From assembly GCA_963839705.1 (NCBI GenBank), contig CAWIWL010000013.1, positions 453,950-517,949 on the forward strand: DNA of 64,000 nucleotides, in the 5' to 3' direction. Source of the stretch: an uncultured Acidobacteriota bacterium (lineage in GTDB: Bacteria > Acidobacteriota > Vicinamibacteria > Vicinamibacterales > 2-12-FULL-66-21). Every line of letters begins with the position of its first letter. The first letter of the stretch is position 1. The notes below the pieces were generated by a model that searched no databases, was not told the DNA's origin, and saw only the letters and a program-made list of their open reading frames with translations. Below are positions 50,851 to 59,690 of this stretch, in pieces. The position numbers and the translations under genes were made by a program.

Positions 50851-52839
50851 ATGAGCACGAAAGAGTACCGAAAGAAAATCGCGCAGAGCATTGCGAAAGC
50901 TCAGGCGATACGTTCGAGGTCAACCGGTTCGCAGAACGACCCCGAGCCTCTCCGCAGCATGGTCGCCAACAAGAAAGCCGCGGCGAAGACGCGCGCTGAG
51001 GCACTTGGACGCTTGATGCGCGTGGAAGGTCCAGACGTTGTTCCGGAAACGGCGCTCCAACGCCTTGCCGATCCCAAGGAATCACCGGTCGTGCGCCTCG
51101 CAGCTCTCAGGCTGTTGCAACACAAGCAGATCTTCAGCTCGGCCTCCGCCGAGTGGAGACCCGCCTATCTCGAGGCATTGAGGACGGCTCTCGATGAGCC
51201 CAAGCTGCGAAGCGCGGCCCTGGAGATTCTGTCCGGACTCAAGGACCGAAAGACTCAAGAGTTGCTGCTGGAAGGTATTCGTAAACCAAAACAGGCGCTC
51301 GTGCCCGTGGACCACGCGCTACGGCTGTTGAGCTCGGACATCCACGCCGATGTGCTCGAAGTGGCGCGGAGCCTGGCGAACGATCAACAGAGCCGCAAGA
51401 ACAAGCCCGTGTTCCTGCAGGCACTTCGTATCCTTGCGTCTGACCCGGCCTCGGTCGGGAGGCTCGAGGAGGTGCTGGCGAATGATTCCCATTCAATCGA
51501 TGCAAGAAGACTCGCGGCAACGGCGCTGAATCATCTGTCTCCTGAGAGTCTGAAATCCAAGACCGCCCGAAGCCGATCGGCAAAGGCAGGCTCCAAGACT
51601 GGACGCCCTGTCCAGACACATCGAGACTCTCCAGAGCATCCGGCGATGAAGTCGCCTGCCGTTTCATGCTGTGGTACGCGTGGCCCTGCCGCGGCTGAGA
51701 CGATCGATCTGCGCGCGCCCGAGCAGGTGCGTACGGAGGCTGACCTTATTCGCGTCGTCGAGGTCGGCCGTGGAGACAGTGCCTATACCGAGACGTTTCT
51801 CACGTTGCTCGACGAGCGTCACGCGGTCTACCAGGGCGTGGGCGCGCCAGTCGTGACCCGCATGCGTGGCGCGCTGTTGCTCGCGCTGGGGCATCGCGCC
51901 TTGCCTACGACGGCTCTGCCCTTTGTCATAGAGGAATTGGAGACCGCGCACGACGCGTGGCTGACCGCTGTCGCGGCACACGTGTTGAGGAAGTATCCCG
52001 AACCGTTGCCCTCCTTCGCCCAACCCCTGCTGTCGGCCATTCTCTACATTCGGCATCGGGATGATGTCGTGCGCTTGGCGAACTACGCCGGACACGGACC
52101 GGGCGGCGAAACCACCACTGCCATGGCTGAAGTGATGCGGACGATCGCCTGGCTGGGCCGCTGCGGGATGGACTGTCTCTCGAGCTTGGAGGATCTCGTC
52201 GCGCAGAATCCAGGCCCGGCCACGTCGGCGATGGCGGCCAATGCCATCAAAGCGATCCGCGAGGACGATCAGACGCCAGCCGCGGAATGTGGCGACAGTG
52301 AGGAGGCGCCACGTGGGACCCTCGGCGTTGCCCCGAAGGACATCTCGGGCCTGCGCCTGCAAGACCACTCGGGGGCCGAGTTGAGCTTCGCGGAAGCGTT
52401 TCATGGCCGGCCGTCAATCGTCGTGTTCTTCTACACCCGCTGCGACAACCCCGCGAAATGCCCGTTGACCATGTATAAGTTCGGCAGCTTGCAGCGGCTG
52501 TTGCAGGAATCCGCACTTGGCGATTCGATTGGGACGGCGGCGATCACCTACGACCCGGAATATGACCGCTCGGAGCGCCTGTTGCAGTATGCCCAAAGCT
52601 GGGGAGCCAAGCCGTCGCCGCTGCACCGTGTCCTTCGGACCGTCGGGGAATTCTCAACGCTCCGTGAGTATTTTGGGCTTGGGGTGAATTTCGGCGCGTC
52701 GGGAATCGTGAATCGGCACAAGCTCGAGGCCTTCGTGCTCGACACGAAAGGCCACATCGCTCACGTCGTCACTCGTCGTCGTTGGGACGAAGCGCAACTG
52801 GTACGTCTTGCGACCTCTCTAGTGGGAGCACCTTCCTAG
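50851..52839 (+). CDS. HEAT-repeat / SCO1-SenC-like fusion protein (no obvious signal peptide)
   Basis: Alpha-helical repeats (AALRLLQHKQIFSSASAEWRPAYLEALRTALDEPKLRSAALEILSGL...), then GLRLQDHSGAELSFAEAFHGRPSIVVFFYTRCDNPAKCPLTMYKFGSLQRLL...FGASGIVNRHKLEAFVLDTKGHIAHVV (Cys-x5-Cys plus downstream His as in SCO proteins). Confidence 0.8.
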   Translation: MSTKEYRKKIAQSIAKAQAIRSRSTGSQNDPEPLRSMVANKKAAAKTRAEALGRLMRVEGPDVVPETALQRLADPKESPVVRLAALRLLQHKQIFSSASAEWRPAYLEALRTALDEPKLRSAALEILSGLKDRKTQELLLEGIRKPKQALVPVDHALRLLSSDIHADVLEVARSLANDQQSRKNKPVFLQALRILASDPASVGRLEEVLANDSHSIDARRLAATALNHLSPESLKSKTARSRSAKAGSKTGRPVQTHRDSPEHPAMKSPAVSCCGTRGPAAAETIDLRAPEQVRTEADLIRVVEVGRGDSAYTETFLTLLDERHAVYQGVGAPVVTRMRGALLLALGHRALPTTALPFVIEELETAHDAWLTAVAAHVLRKYPEPLPSFAQPLLSAILYIRHRDDVVRLANYAGHGPGGETTTAMAEVMRTIAWLGRCGMDCLSSLEDLVAQNPGPATSAMAANAIKAIREDDQTPAAECGDSEEAPRGTLGVAPKDISGLRLQDHSGAELSFAEAFHGRPSIVVFFYTRCDNPAKCPLTMYKFGSLQRLLQESALGDSIGTAAITYDPEYDRSERLLQYAQSWGAKPSPLHRVLRTVGEFSTLREYFGLGVNFGASGIVNRHKLEAFVLDTKGHIAHVVTRRRWDEAQLVRLATSLVGAPS

Positions 52840-52948
52840 TCGACACACGCCTTAAGCTGCAACCTCTGAGCCGGTGGTGCTATTGTGTTGACGCGAACCT
52901 GCCTCGGCGTTCGTCCCATGCATTTTCGACAACGAAACTGACGCTCGC

Positions 52949-53905
52949 ATGAAGGCCGCTGTCCGGTCACGCTACGGTCCGCCCGACGTTCTCAGCGTCC
53001 GGGATATAGAGAAGCCGGTACCGAAGGACGGCGAGATCCTGATCCGGGTACATGCCGCCAGCGTCAACAGAAGCGACTACCACGTACTTACCGGTGTGCC
53101 GTGGCCGATGAGATGTTTCACCGGTCTTTTCCGGCCGACGCTGGCGTCGACTGGGACAGACTTTGCCGGCCACATCGAATCGACTGGTTCGAAGGTACGA
53201 CGGTTCAAGCCTGGCGAGAACGTGATGGGCTTTGGTGGAGTATTCGGGGTTGGATCGCACGCACAGTATCTTGCATTCGACGAGAGTCGTGGCGTTGTCT
53301 CCATGCCGGACAACGTGACCTACGTGCAGGCGGCCGCGTGTCTCGAAGGCGCGTACTACGCTGCTACTGGTCTGACGCAGATAAACCCGCGCGCCGGACA
53401 GAAAGCGCTCGTCTATGGCGCAACCGGCGCGATCGGATCCGCCTACGTTCAGTTGCTGAGATGCTGGGGCTTGTGTGTGACGGCCGTATGCGCTGGAGAA
53501 CATCGAGAACTCATGATCTCGTTGGGTGCTGACAAGGTGGTTGACTACAAGACCGAAGACTTCACGCGTGATACCGAGCGGTACGATTTCATCTTCGACG
53601 CGGTCGATAAGACCACTTATGGAGCCTGTCGAAAGCTGATGCAGAACGACGGTGTGTACACGTCGTCAGGCGGCTTTGAGAACCTATTCCTCGCGCTCAT
53701 CACGCGACTGCACGGGCGAAAGAGAGTGATCTTCCTCGGCCCGAAGGACATTCCCGGCAACCTGAGTTTGATCAAGGATTTGGTGGAGAAGGGACGCTTC
53801 AAACCGGTGATCGACAGACAGTACCCCATCGAAAAGATATCGGAGGCGTTTGAGTACGTCGCGACGGGCCAGAAGATCGGCAACGTGATCGTGACGATGG
53901 ACTGA
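52949..53905 (+). CDS. Zinc-free MDR family NAD(P)-dependent alcohol dehydrogenase / quinone oxidoreductase
   Basis: MKAAVRSRYGPPDVLSVRDIEKPVPKDGEILIRVHAASVNRSDYHVLTG...GTDFAGHIESTG...LVYGATGAIGSAYVQLLRCWGLCVTAVC. Confidence 0.94.
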   Translation: MKAAVRSRYGPPDVLSVRDIEKPVPKDGEILIRVHAASVNRSDYHVLTGVPWPMRCFTGLFRPTLASTGTDFAGHIESTGSKVRRFKPGENVMGFGGVFGVGSHAQYLAFDESRGVVSMPDNVTYVQAAACLEGAYYAATGLTQINPRAGQKALVYGATGAIGSAYVQLLRCWGLCVTAVCAGEHRELMISLGADKVVDYKTEDFTRDTERYDFIFDAVDKTTYGACRKLMQNDGVYTSSGGFENLFLALITRLHGRKRVIFLGPKDIPGNLSLIKDLVEKGRFKPVIDRQYPIEKISEAFEYVATGQKIGNVIVTMD

Positions 53906-54103
53906 CGTGCCTTGCCACGCCTTCTCCTTCGCTAAACCACCGAGTCCGCACTCAGGAGTGGCCGTTAGTGTCTCAGCCGGTGGGAGCAGCGCGTGCGTGT
54001 CCGTGAATCGTCGGGTGAGCCTCAACGCAGTCGATGCGCCCGTATCCACCAGGAGCTTCGCGGCAATCGGCGGACGCCTCTCCGGCAAGCGACTAGAACG
54101 AAT

Positions 54104-54171
54104 AGGGTTTCATCCGCACTGCCACGATGATCGGCGTGAGCACCAGCCCGGACTCAGTGCGGATAAACCCT
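54104..54171. repeat. Inverted repeat AGGGTTT(C)ATCCGCACTG ... CAGTGCGGATAAACCCT (17-18 nt arms, about 33-nt spacer)
   Basis: Arms 54104-54121 and 54155-54171 are complementary apart from one extra base. Confidence 0.9.
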
Positions 54172-54429
54172 GTTGGACGAAGCCGCGTGGCTCGCCGTCG
54201 CAATGCTATGGGGATTGTAAGGCTGCTCGGGCGTGACGCGGTGCGACTTTCCACCGAGGGGCGCGCGCGTGGAGGGACCAGTGGGGTCGACGGTGGCGCA
54301 TGCGAGGGGCGGGCGTCCAGTCGTCAGGCCGGTGCGTTCGTTGGCGCGCGGCTCCCAGCAAGAAGCCAGTCAGAGCACGACCGACCGGACGAGCGTCCGC
54401 AATGTTCGCCGTCGGCGTGAAGACCAGCG

Positions 54430-55635
54430 TCATGAGGTATCCGGCGGCCGAATCCAAGGGACGACGATCGCGGTGATGTGCATCCGACCTTCCCCGCACA
54501 CCGGACAGCGTGCGAGGTCGACCCCGGTGACCCGCTGCAGCAGTACGGCAGCCGATTCGGGCCGGGCGTCCTCGGGCGGTGGTTGGCCGAGGAGGTCCCG
54601 GCACCGCGTCAAGGTGCCTCGCCGCGTGCGATTCGCGAGCAGGCCGAAGTGGCGAATGCGCATGAAGCCGCGCGGTACCACGTGCAAGAGAAAGCGTCTC
54701 AGGAATTCGTCGGCCTCGAGCGTGAGGACCTTCACGCGGTCGTGGTCGGCGTAGTCCTTCCAGCGGAACCGAACGCGGCCGTCGCGGTGATCGACGAGCC
54801 GATCATTGGACAGCGCCACGCGGTGGGTGTACCGGCCGAGATAGTCGAGCACCTGTTCAGGGCCGGCGAAGGGCCGCTTCGCATACACGATCCAGTCGAC
54901 GGCCCGCAATTGACCAAGGCAGACGGTGAAAGCGCGACGATCGGCCAGATCGGCGGTGCCTCCCGCGAAGGTGAGCTGCCCGGCGTCAAACGCGCGCTGC
55001 AGGCCGGCGAGATATTTTCCGCGAAAGACCCGTGACAGTGCACGGACCGGAAACAGGAACGTCGATCGACCGGCAATCCATTGTGAGCGGTCCGCCGTCA
55101 ACGCTCCGCCGGTGACCAGACAGTGCAGATGGAGGTGCTGCGAGAGATTCTGTCCCCACGTGTGCAGAATCGCCGTGAGCCCGATGGTGCCGCCGAGATG
55201 CCGCGGATCGCGCCCGAAGGTGAGCAGCGTGTCGGCGGCGGCGCGGAAGAGCAGCGTGTAGATCAGGCGCGGATTGCCCTGCGCGAGCGCGTTGAGCGCA
55301 TGGGGGAGAGTGAAGACGACGTGGAAATACGGAATGGGCAGCAGGTCGGCGCGGCGCGCCGCGAGCCACCGTTCTTTGGTCAGCGTCTGGCACTTCGGGC
55401 AATGGCGATTGCGACAGGAGTTATAGGTGATCCGCACCGCGCCGCAGCGGGCACACGTCTCCCGATGCCCGCCGAGCACGGCGGTGCGGCAGGTCTCGAT
55501 CGCGTGGAGCGCCCGGTGCTGGACGGGGGCGAGGCGATGCGTTCGACGATACACGTCGCCATGGGCGCGCACGATGTCCGCGAGCTCCAGTCGAGGACGG
55601 CTCGAGACCGCCGTGCCCGATGGCACGGCGCACAC
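54430..55635 (-). CDS. IS91-like HUH transposase with N-terminal zinc finger
   Basis: CRTAVLGGHRETCARCGAVRITYNSCRNRHCPKCQTLTKERWLAARRADLLPIPYFHVVFTLPHALN; HUH motif QHLHLHCLVTGG; YLGRYTHRVALSNDRL tyrosine region. Confidence 0.96.
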   Translation of the reverse strand: MCAVPSGTAVSSRPRLELADIVRAHGDVYRRTHRLAPVQHRALHAIETCRTAVLGGHRETCARCGAVRITYNSCRNRHCPKCQTLTKERWLAARRADLLPIPYFHVVFTLPHALNALAQGNPRLIYTLLFRAAADTLLTFGRDPRHLGGTIGLTAILHTWGQNLSQHLHLHCLVTGGALTADRSQWIAGRSTFLFPVRALSRVFRGKYLAGLQRAFDAGQLTFAGGTADLADRRAFTVCLGQLRAVDWIVYAKRPFAGPEQVLDYLGRYTHRVALSNDRLVDHRDGRVRFRWKDYADHDRVKVLTLEADEFLRRFLLHVVPRGFMRIRHFGLLANRTRRGTLTRCRDLLGQPPPEDARPESAAVLLQRVTGVDLARCPVCGEGRMHITAIVVPWIRPPDTS

Positions 55636-55639
55636 AGGA

Positions 55640-56497
55640 TTAGCCCTGCGGCGGCGGCGTAAAACGCGCGAGCAGATCGAGGGCGGAGTTCGGGCCGATC
55701 TGCGCGTGCTTGGTCAAGTGGAAATACCGGGTCGTGGTCGTGATGTCGCCGTGGCCGAGCAACCGCTGAATCGTGTGGACATCGACACCGGCTTCCAGGA
55801 GGTGCGTCGCAAAGGCGTGGCGGAGTCCGTGAATCCCACCGGGCTTCGTGATCCCCGCGCGCCGCTTCGCGGCCTGATAGGCGCGCTGCAAACTGGTCGG
55901 ATGCATCGGCCGGTCGCCGCCGTGCGCCGGGAAGAGCCACACCAGCGGCCGATAGATCAGGAAATATCCCCGCAACGCCTCCAAGAGGCGCGTGGAAAGG
56001 ACCGTGTACCGATCTTTCGCCCCTTTCCCGTGCTCGACGCGAATCATCATCCGTGTTGAATCGATGTCGCGGACGTGCAGGTGGATCACTTCGTTGAGCC
56101 GTAAGCCGGCAGCATAAGTGGTGAGGAGCATCGTGCGATGTTTTCGACTGGTGGTCTGTTCGAGCACACGCTCGATCTCCTCGGGGCTCAAGACCACAGG
56201 AAGCTTGACCGGCTGACGTGGCCCGGGAATGTCGAACGTCGTCCGATCGCGCTTCAGGGTCGTGTGATAGAAAAAGCGGAGACCGTGCACGACAATGTGC
56301 AACGTGCTCCAGGATCGGTGCCGGTCGCGCAGGAGATGCCGCAAGTAGGCTTGCACTTCCTGATCCGAGATCTGGTCGGGCGACCGATGGTAGTGCCGCG
56401 CCAGTCCTTCGACCGCCCACAAGTACGTCTCGCGGGTTCGATCGGCCATCCCGCGGACCACCATGTCCTCGTCCATGCGACGACGCAATGCAGTCAT
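55640..56497 (-). CDS. Tyrosine recombinase/integrase associated with the IS91-like element
   Basis: AAGLRLNEVIHLHVRDID (Arg), GIHGLRHAFATHLLEAGVDVHTIQRLLGHGDITTTTRYFHLT (HxxR, H, Tyr). Confidence 0.96.
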   Translation of the reverse strand: MTALRRRMDEDMVVRGMADRTRETYLWAVEGLARHYHRSPDQISDQEVQAYLRHLLRDRHRSWSTLHIVVHGLRFFYHTTLKRDRTTFDIPGPRQPVKLPVVLSPEEIERVLEQTTSRKHRTMLLTTYAAGLRLNEVIHLHVRDIDSTRMMIRVEHGKGAKDRYTVLSTRLLEALRGYFLIYRPLVWLFPAHGGDRPMHPTSLQRAYQAAKRRAGITKPGGIHGLRHAFATHLLEAGVDVHTIQRLLGHGDITTTTRYFHLTKHAQIGPNSALDLLARFTPPPQG

Positions 56498-56705
56498 GGC
56501 ACACCTCGCTGAGTGGAACGTCGTTATCGACGTTCGCCAGCGGGCATTCTGTGAGGAGGAATCGTCGTAAGGGGGGACAGTCGACGAGAACACCATGCAT
56601 CGATTACGGCGTGGAATCGATCGAAGCGATTCGGTCGGGCCTTTTCCTACCGCGATCAGCGGTTTCGTTCAACTACTGGTAGGCTGACCAGCATATCGCG
56701 GTCAA

Positions 56706-58058
56706 TCAGCCGCCTCCGCTGAGGTACACGGCGCTCGTGTCGGCCTCGACGTGGGAACCCATGATCGCAGCGGCCGCTTTGCGGGCGCTGATGACGCACG
56801 CATCGGTCATGAGGTACTTGTGCTCGCCATATCGACCAACCAGAAGCACTCCATGGTGATTCAGGAAATCCGTAATCATCTGCATCGCCGGTGCGCGGTT
56901 ATGGTCGAAGATCGGGTTTGCGTGCGGTACGAATGTCACGTTCACGTACCGCACGGCATCGGCGTGATCGACGAGGCCCATCTCGACCAGCTCAGAGACA
57001 ACCGTCGACTTGACGTTCTCGAGGTCGCTCGGGACCTCCCGGTATTCTGAGCCGTAGACCTCGGCCTGGATGCCTGAGCAGCCCGGCGGCGCATTGTTCG
57101 GCGAGAAATGCTCCGTATGGCTGATACGAACGCTCAGCTTGTCCTCGTCGTAGACATACATCCATGTCTCGGACCGTCGTGCGGGGTGGTTTACAGCGAC
57201 ATCCACCCGGAGGAAGTTCGTGCACCTGAGTTTCTCCGCCGCGTCGCGCACTGCCTGAGGAGCATCGGTAGAGAGCCGGATCAAGGACTTGAGCGGGATC
57301 GTCGACACGAGCCGCCCATACGACACGAGGGAGCCGTCTGAGAAACGAAGCCGGCGCGATCCGAACGAGACCTGTTCGAGCGCGCAATTCAGCCGGATGC
57401 TCGCGCCACGAGCCATCTTGTGTGTATACGCCAGGAACCCGCCGTGAGTGGGGTAACGCGACTCACGACCAAGGGCGTAGTGGATGGTCTGAATGCCGAT
57501 TGACGCTTTGGCCCCGGCCACGACGTCGTCGACGCTCGGCTTCATGACCCTGTTGCCCACCCACTCGGTGGCGAGATCGGCTGGCTCAACCGTCCAGTAC
57601 TTTCGGGTATAGGCGGCTGGGAACGTCTCGGCGAATACCTCACCGAACGCCTGGTGGATCCATTCGCGGTAGTTCTTTGGCATGCCATCGATGCCACGCG
57701 ACGCGAGGAAACTCTCGAGGCACGCTGACCGCAGCGGCTCGGGAACCTGATAGAGGTTGACCTGAGCGGGATGATCAATCCAGTGGCCCCGGAAGTAGTT
57801 CGAGGCCCTCGACGCCACTACTTCAAAGGCGCCGTCGACCATGTCTGCAAAAAAAGCCTGGGCGTAGGCGTTAGAGGTGAAACTGATGTGCGGCCCGTCG
57901 TCCCAGAGGAAGCCGTCCACGACCTCCGAATGCACGTGCCCGCCGTAGTAGGGCTTCTGCTCGAAAATCTGTGTGTCTTTATGCCGGAGATGGTAGGAGA
58001 CGGCAAGGCCAGAAATACCGGCGCCCAATACGGCAACCGGTATGTGCGAGGATGTCAT
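56706..58058 (-). CDS. FAD-dependent oxidoreductase (protoporphyrinogen oxidase / UDP-galactopyranose mutase-like fold)
   Basis: IPVAVLGAGISGLAVSYHLRHKDTQIFEQKPYYGGHVHSEVVDGFLWDDGPHISFTSN (Rossmann GxGxxG plus GG motif). Confidence 0.85.
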   Translation of the reverse strand: MTSSHIPVAVLGAGISGLAVSYHLRHKDTQIFEQKPYYGGHVHSEVVDGFLWDDGPHISFTSNAYAQAFFADMVDGAFEVVASRASNYFRGHWIDHPAQVNLYQVPEPLRSACLESFLASRGIDGMPKNYREWIHQAFGEVFAETFPAAYTRKYWTVEPADLATEWVGNRVMKPSVDDVVAGAKASIGIQTIHYALGRESRYPTHGGFLAYTHKMARGASIRLNCALEQVSFGSRRLRFSDGSLVSYGRLVSTIPLKSLIRLSTDAPQAVRDAAEKLRCTNFLRVDVAVNHPARRSETWMYVYDEDKLSVRISHTEHFSPNNAPPGCSGIQAEVYGSEYREVPSDLENVKSTVVSELVEMGLVDHADAVRYVNVTFVPHANPIFDHNRAPAMQMITDFLNHHGVLLVGRYGEHKYLMTDACVISARKAAAAIMGSHVEADTSAVYLSGGG

Positions 58059-58158
58059 CGTGATGTTAGCAACTTTCCTGAGTGTAAATCCAAGCCCACA
58101 CCCTCATCGTTGTGGTACCCAGCCTTTCAGGCGCGAGACACGAGTCGATTCGTGCCGG

Positions 58159-59622
58159 TCAGCGACGGGCCGCGGCGTCGTGCGGCTCGCCCCAGTTCCG
58201 CTCTGAGTCTGGCCCGATTGCATGTGCCGCGAGGAAATCGCGAATGGTACCGGCCGCCAACCGCCTGCCAGCCTCATTGTAGTGCGTGTCGCGGGGGAGA
58301 TAGAGATCGCCAGTGTGGGCGTGCGCACGAAAACTCGGCAAGAGATCGAGACACGTCACCCGTCGGGCGGCGCAGTATTCCATTAACACGCGTTGTGGCA
58401 GGTCAAAATCGAAGTCCTGTTCGCGCAATCCAAACGTGGTGATCAGTTCCCGTCGCAGTCCCTCGTCCACCTGCGTCTGGTCTGGATGAATCACGAGCAC
58501 GTAACGGGCGCCGCCGCTTTCAGCAACGCGGCGAATCTCGTCGAGAAGAGGGAACACCGATTGGAGGGAGCGGCGATTGACTTCCCCTCCCCTGCCCCAG
58601 TTGTTCAGCCGAAAGTGCTGCATCGCGAGAAATGTCTTCTTGGAGAAAGTACTGATTCCCGTCTGGTGCTCGCGCTCGATCGCGCGAGTCTCAGCAGAGA
58701 TCCGCCAGACCATTTCGATCCACGCTCGAAGCATGAAGTCGCGCGGCCGGTACCACGCTGCATCCGCAGCCCGATGAGTGCGAACCCCGATAAACCGATA
58801 GATGCGGTCGTCTGACAGTGTGAAGTCGTTTCCAACGAAGAAGCCGTGAACGACCAGATCCGGTGAGTAACGCATCCCGAAGCGAAGAATTCGCAACTGA
58901 TGACTGGGCTCGTGTCCGTCGATTGACAGATTGATGAGCTCAACGTGCCCATCAGCCTGGAGGCGGCGCTCGAGCAAGCGAAAGTAGTTCAATTCCGGCC
59001 CTCCCCAGATACCGAGCGAGTCCGCCAGGCCGATAAATCGGTAGGTGCCCGCAGGCTTCCGCTCTGCAACATGCTGTGGCCCCGGAATCCATCCCATATG
59101 GTCTGGCTTCCGCCTAAGGTCCATGAACTCGCGCTCAGTGGTGGGTGTAGTGGTCTGCGAGAGTAGAACGACCAGACCCTCGCTGGCAATGAAGCCGATA
59201 AGGATGGAAACGCCGGCCATCGCAAGAACAGGAAGATAGGACGAGCCAGTCGGCGACACTGCGAGTTGGCCCAATATGGCGGCGATCAAAACGAGGACAA
59301 CCCACTGGGCCGGCCTCACGATGAGGGAACGAGGCACAAAGAGATCGCACAGAAACACGATACAGAACAGGACGACGGTGAACAACAGGATCGATCGCCA
59401 GTCCCGTCTGTCCGTCAATTGCAGGAAAGAAGAACGACGGGCTCGGATCCAGAGAAGCAGGACGTTCAGACCAAAAAGTGTCCACAGGATCGAGTAATCG
59501 ACGCTGTATCGGCCGAGGACTTCCGCGCTGTCGCTCCTGTGCATCAGGAGCAGCAGAAGCGCCACTGTTCCCAACGCAGCGGCGAGGTAGCGGACACTCG
59601 GAATCGCCTTCAGCAACGACAT
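58159..59622 (-). CDS. Membrane protein with N-terminal TM helices and C-terminal SGNH/GDSL-type hydrolase-like domain
   Basis: Multiple TM segments (YLAAALGTVALLLLL, LLFTVVLFCIVFLC, WVVLVLIAAILGQLA) then TYRFIGLADSLGIWGGPELNYFRLLERRL...PSHQLRILRFGMRYSPDLVVHGFFVGND...YLPRDTHYNEAGRRLAA. Confidence 0.75.
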   Translation of the reverse strand: MSLLKAIPSVRYLAAALGTVALLLLLMHRSDSAEVLGRYSVDYSILWTLFGLNVLLLWIRARRSSFLQLTDRRDWRSILLFTVVLFCIVFLCDLFVPRSLIVRPAQWVVLVLIAAILGQLAVSPTGSSYLPVLAMAGVSILIGFIASEGLVVLLSQTTTPTTEREFMDLRRKPDHMGWIPGPQHVAERKPAGTYRFIGLADSLGIWGGPELNYFRLLERRLQADGHVELINLSIDGHEPSHQLRILRFGMRYSPDLVVHGFFVGNDFTLSDDRIYRFIGVRTHRAADAAWYRPRDFMLRAWIEMVWRISAETRAIEREHQTGISTFSKKTFLAMQHFRLNNWGRGGEVNRRSLQSVFPLLDEIRRVAESGGARYVLVIHPDQTQVDEGLRRELITTFGLREQDFDFDLPQRVLMEYCAARRVTCLDLLPSFRAHAHTGDLYLPRDTHYNEAGRRLAAGTIRDFLAAHAIGPDSERNWGEPHDAAARR

Positions 59623-59690
59623 GCCGTTCAAGTGGTAAGTGATGGGCTGTCTGAGGAACCTCTCGAGTTGAGGTGGTGACGCGCTCTCGA

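Larger units (their letters stand above)
54430..56497 (-). mobile_element. IS91-family-like insertion sequence (coding core only; ends not resolved) with HUH transposase plus upstream tyrosine recombinase
   Basis: Two adjacent co-oriented ORFs 4 nt apart: site-specific integrase then IS91-type transposase. The two-ORF organisation is known for a subset of IS91 elements. Confidence 0.85.
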
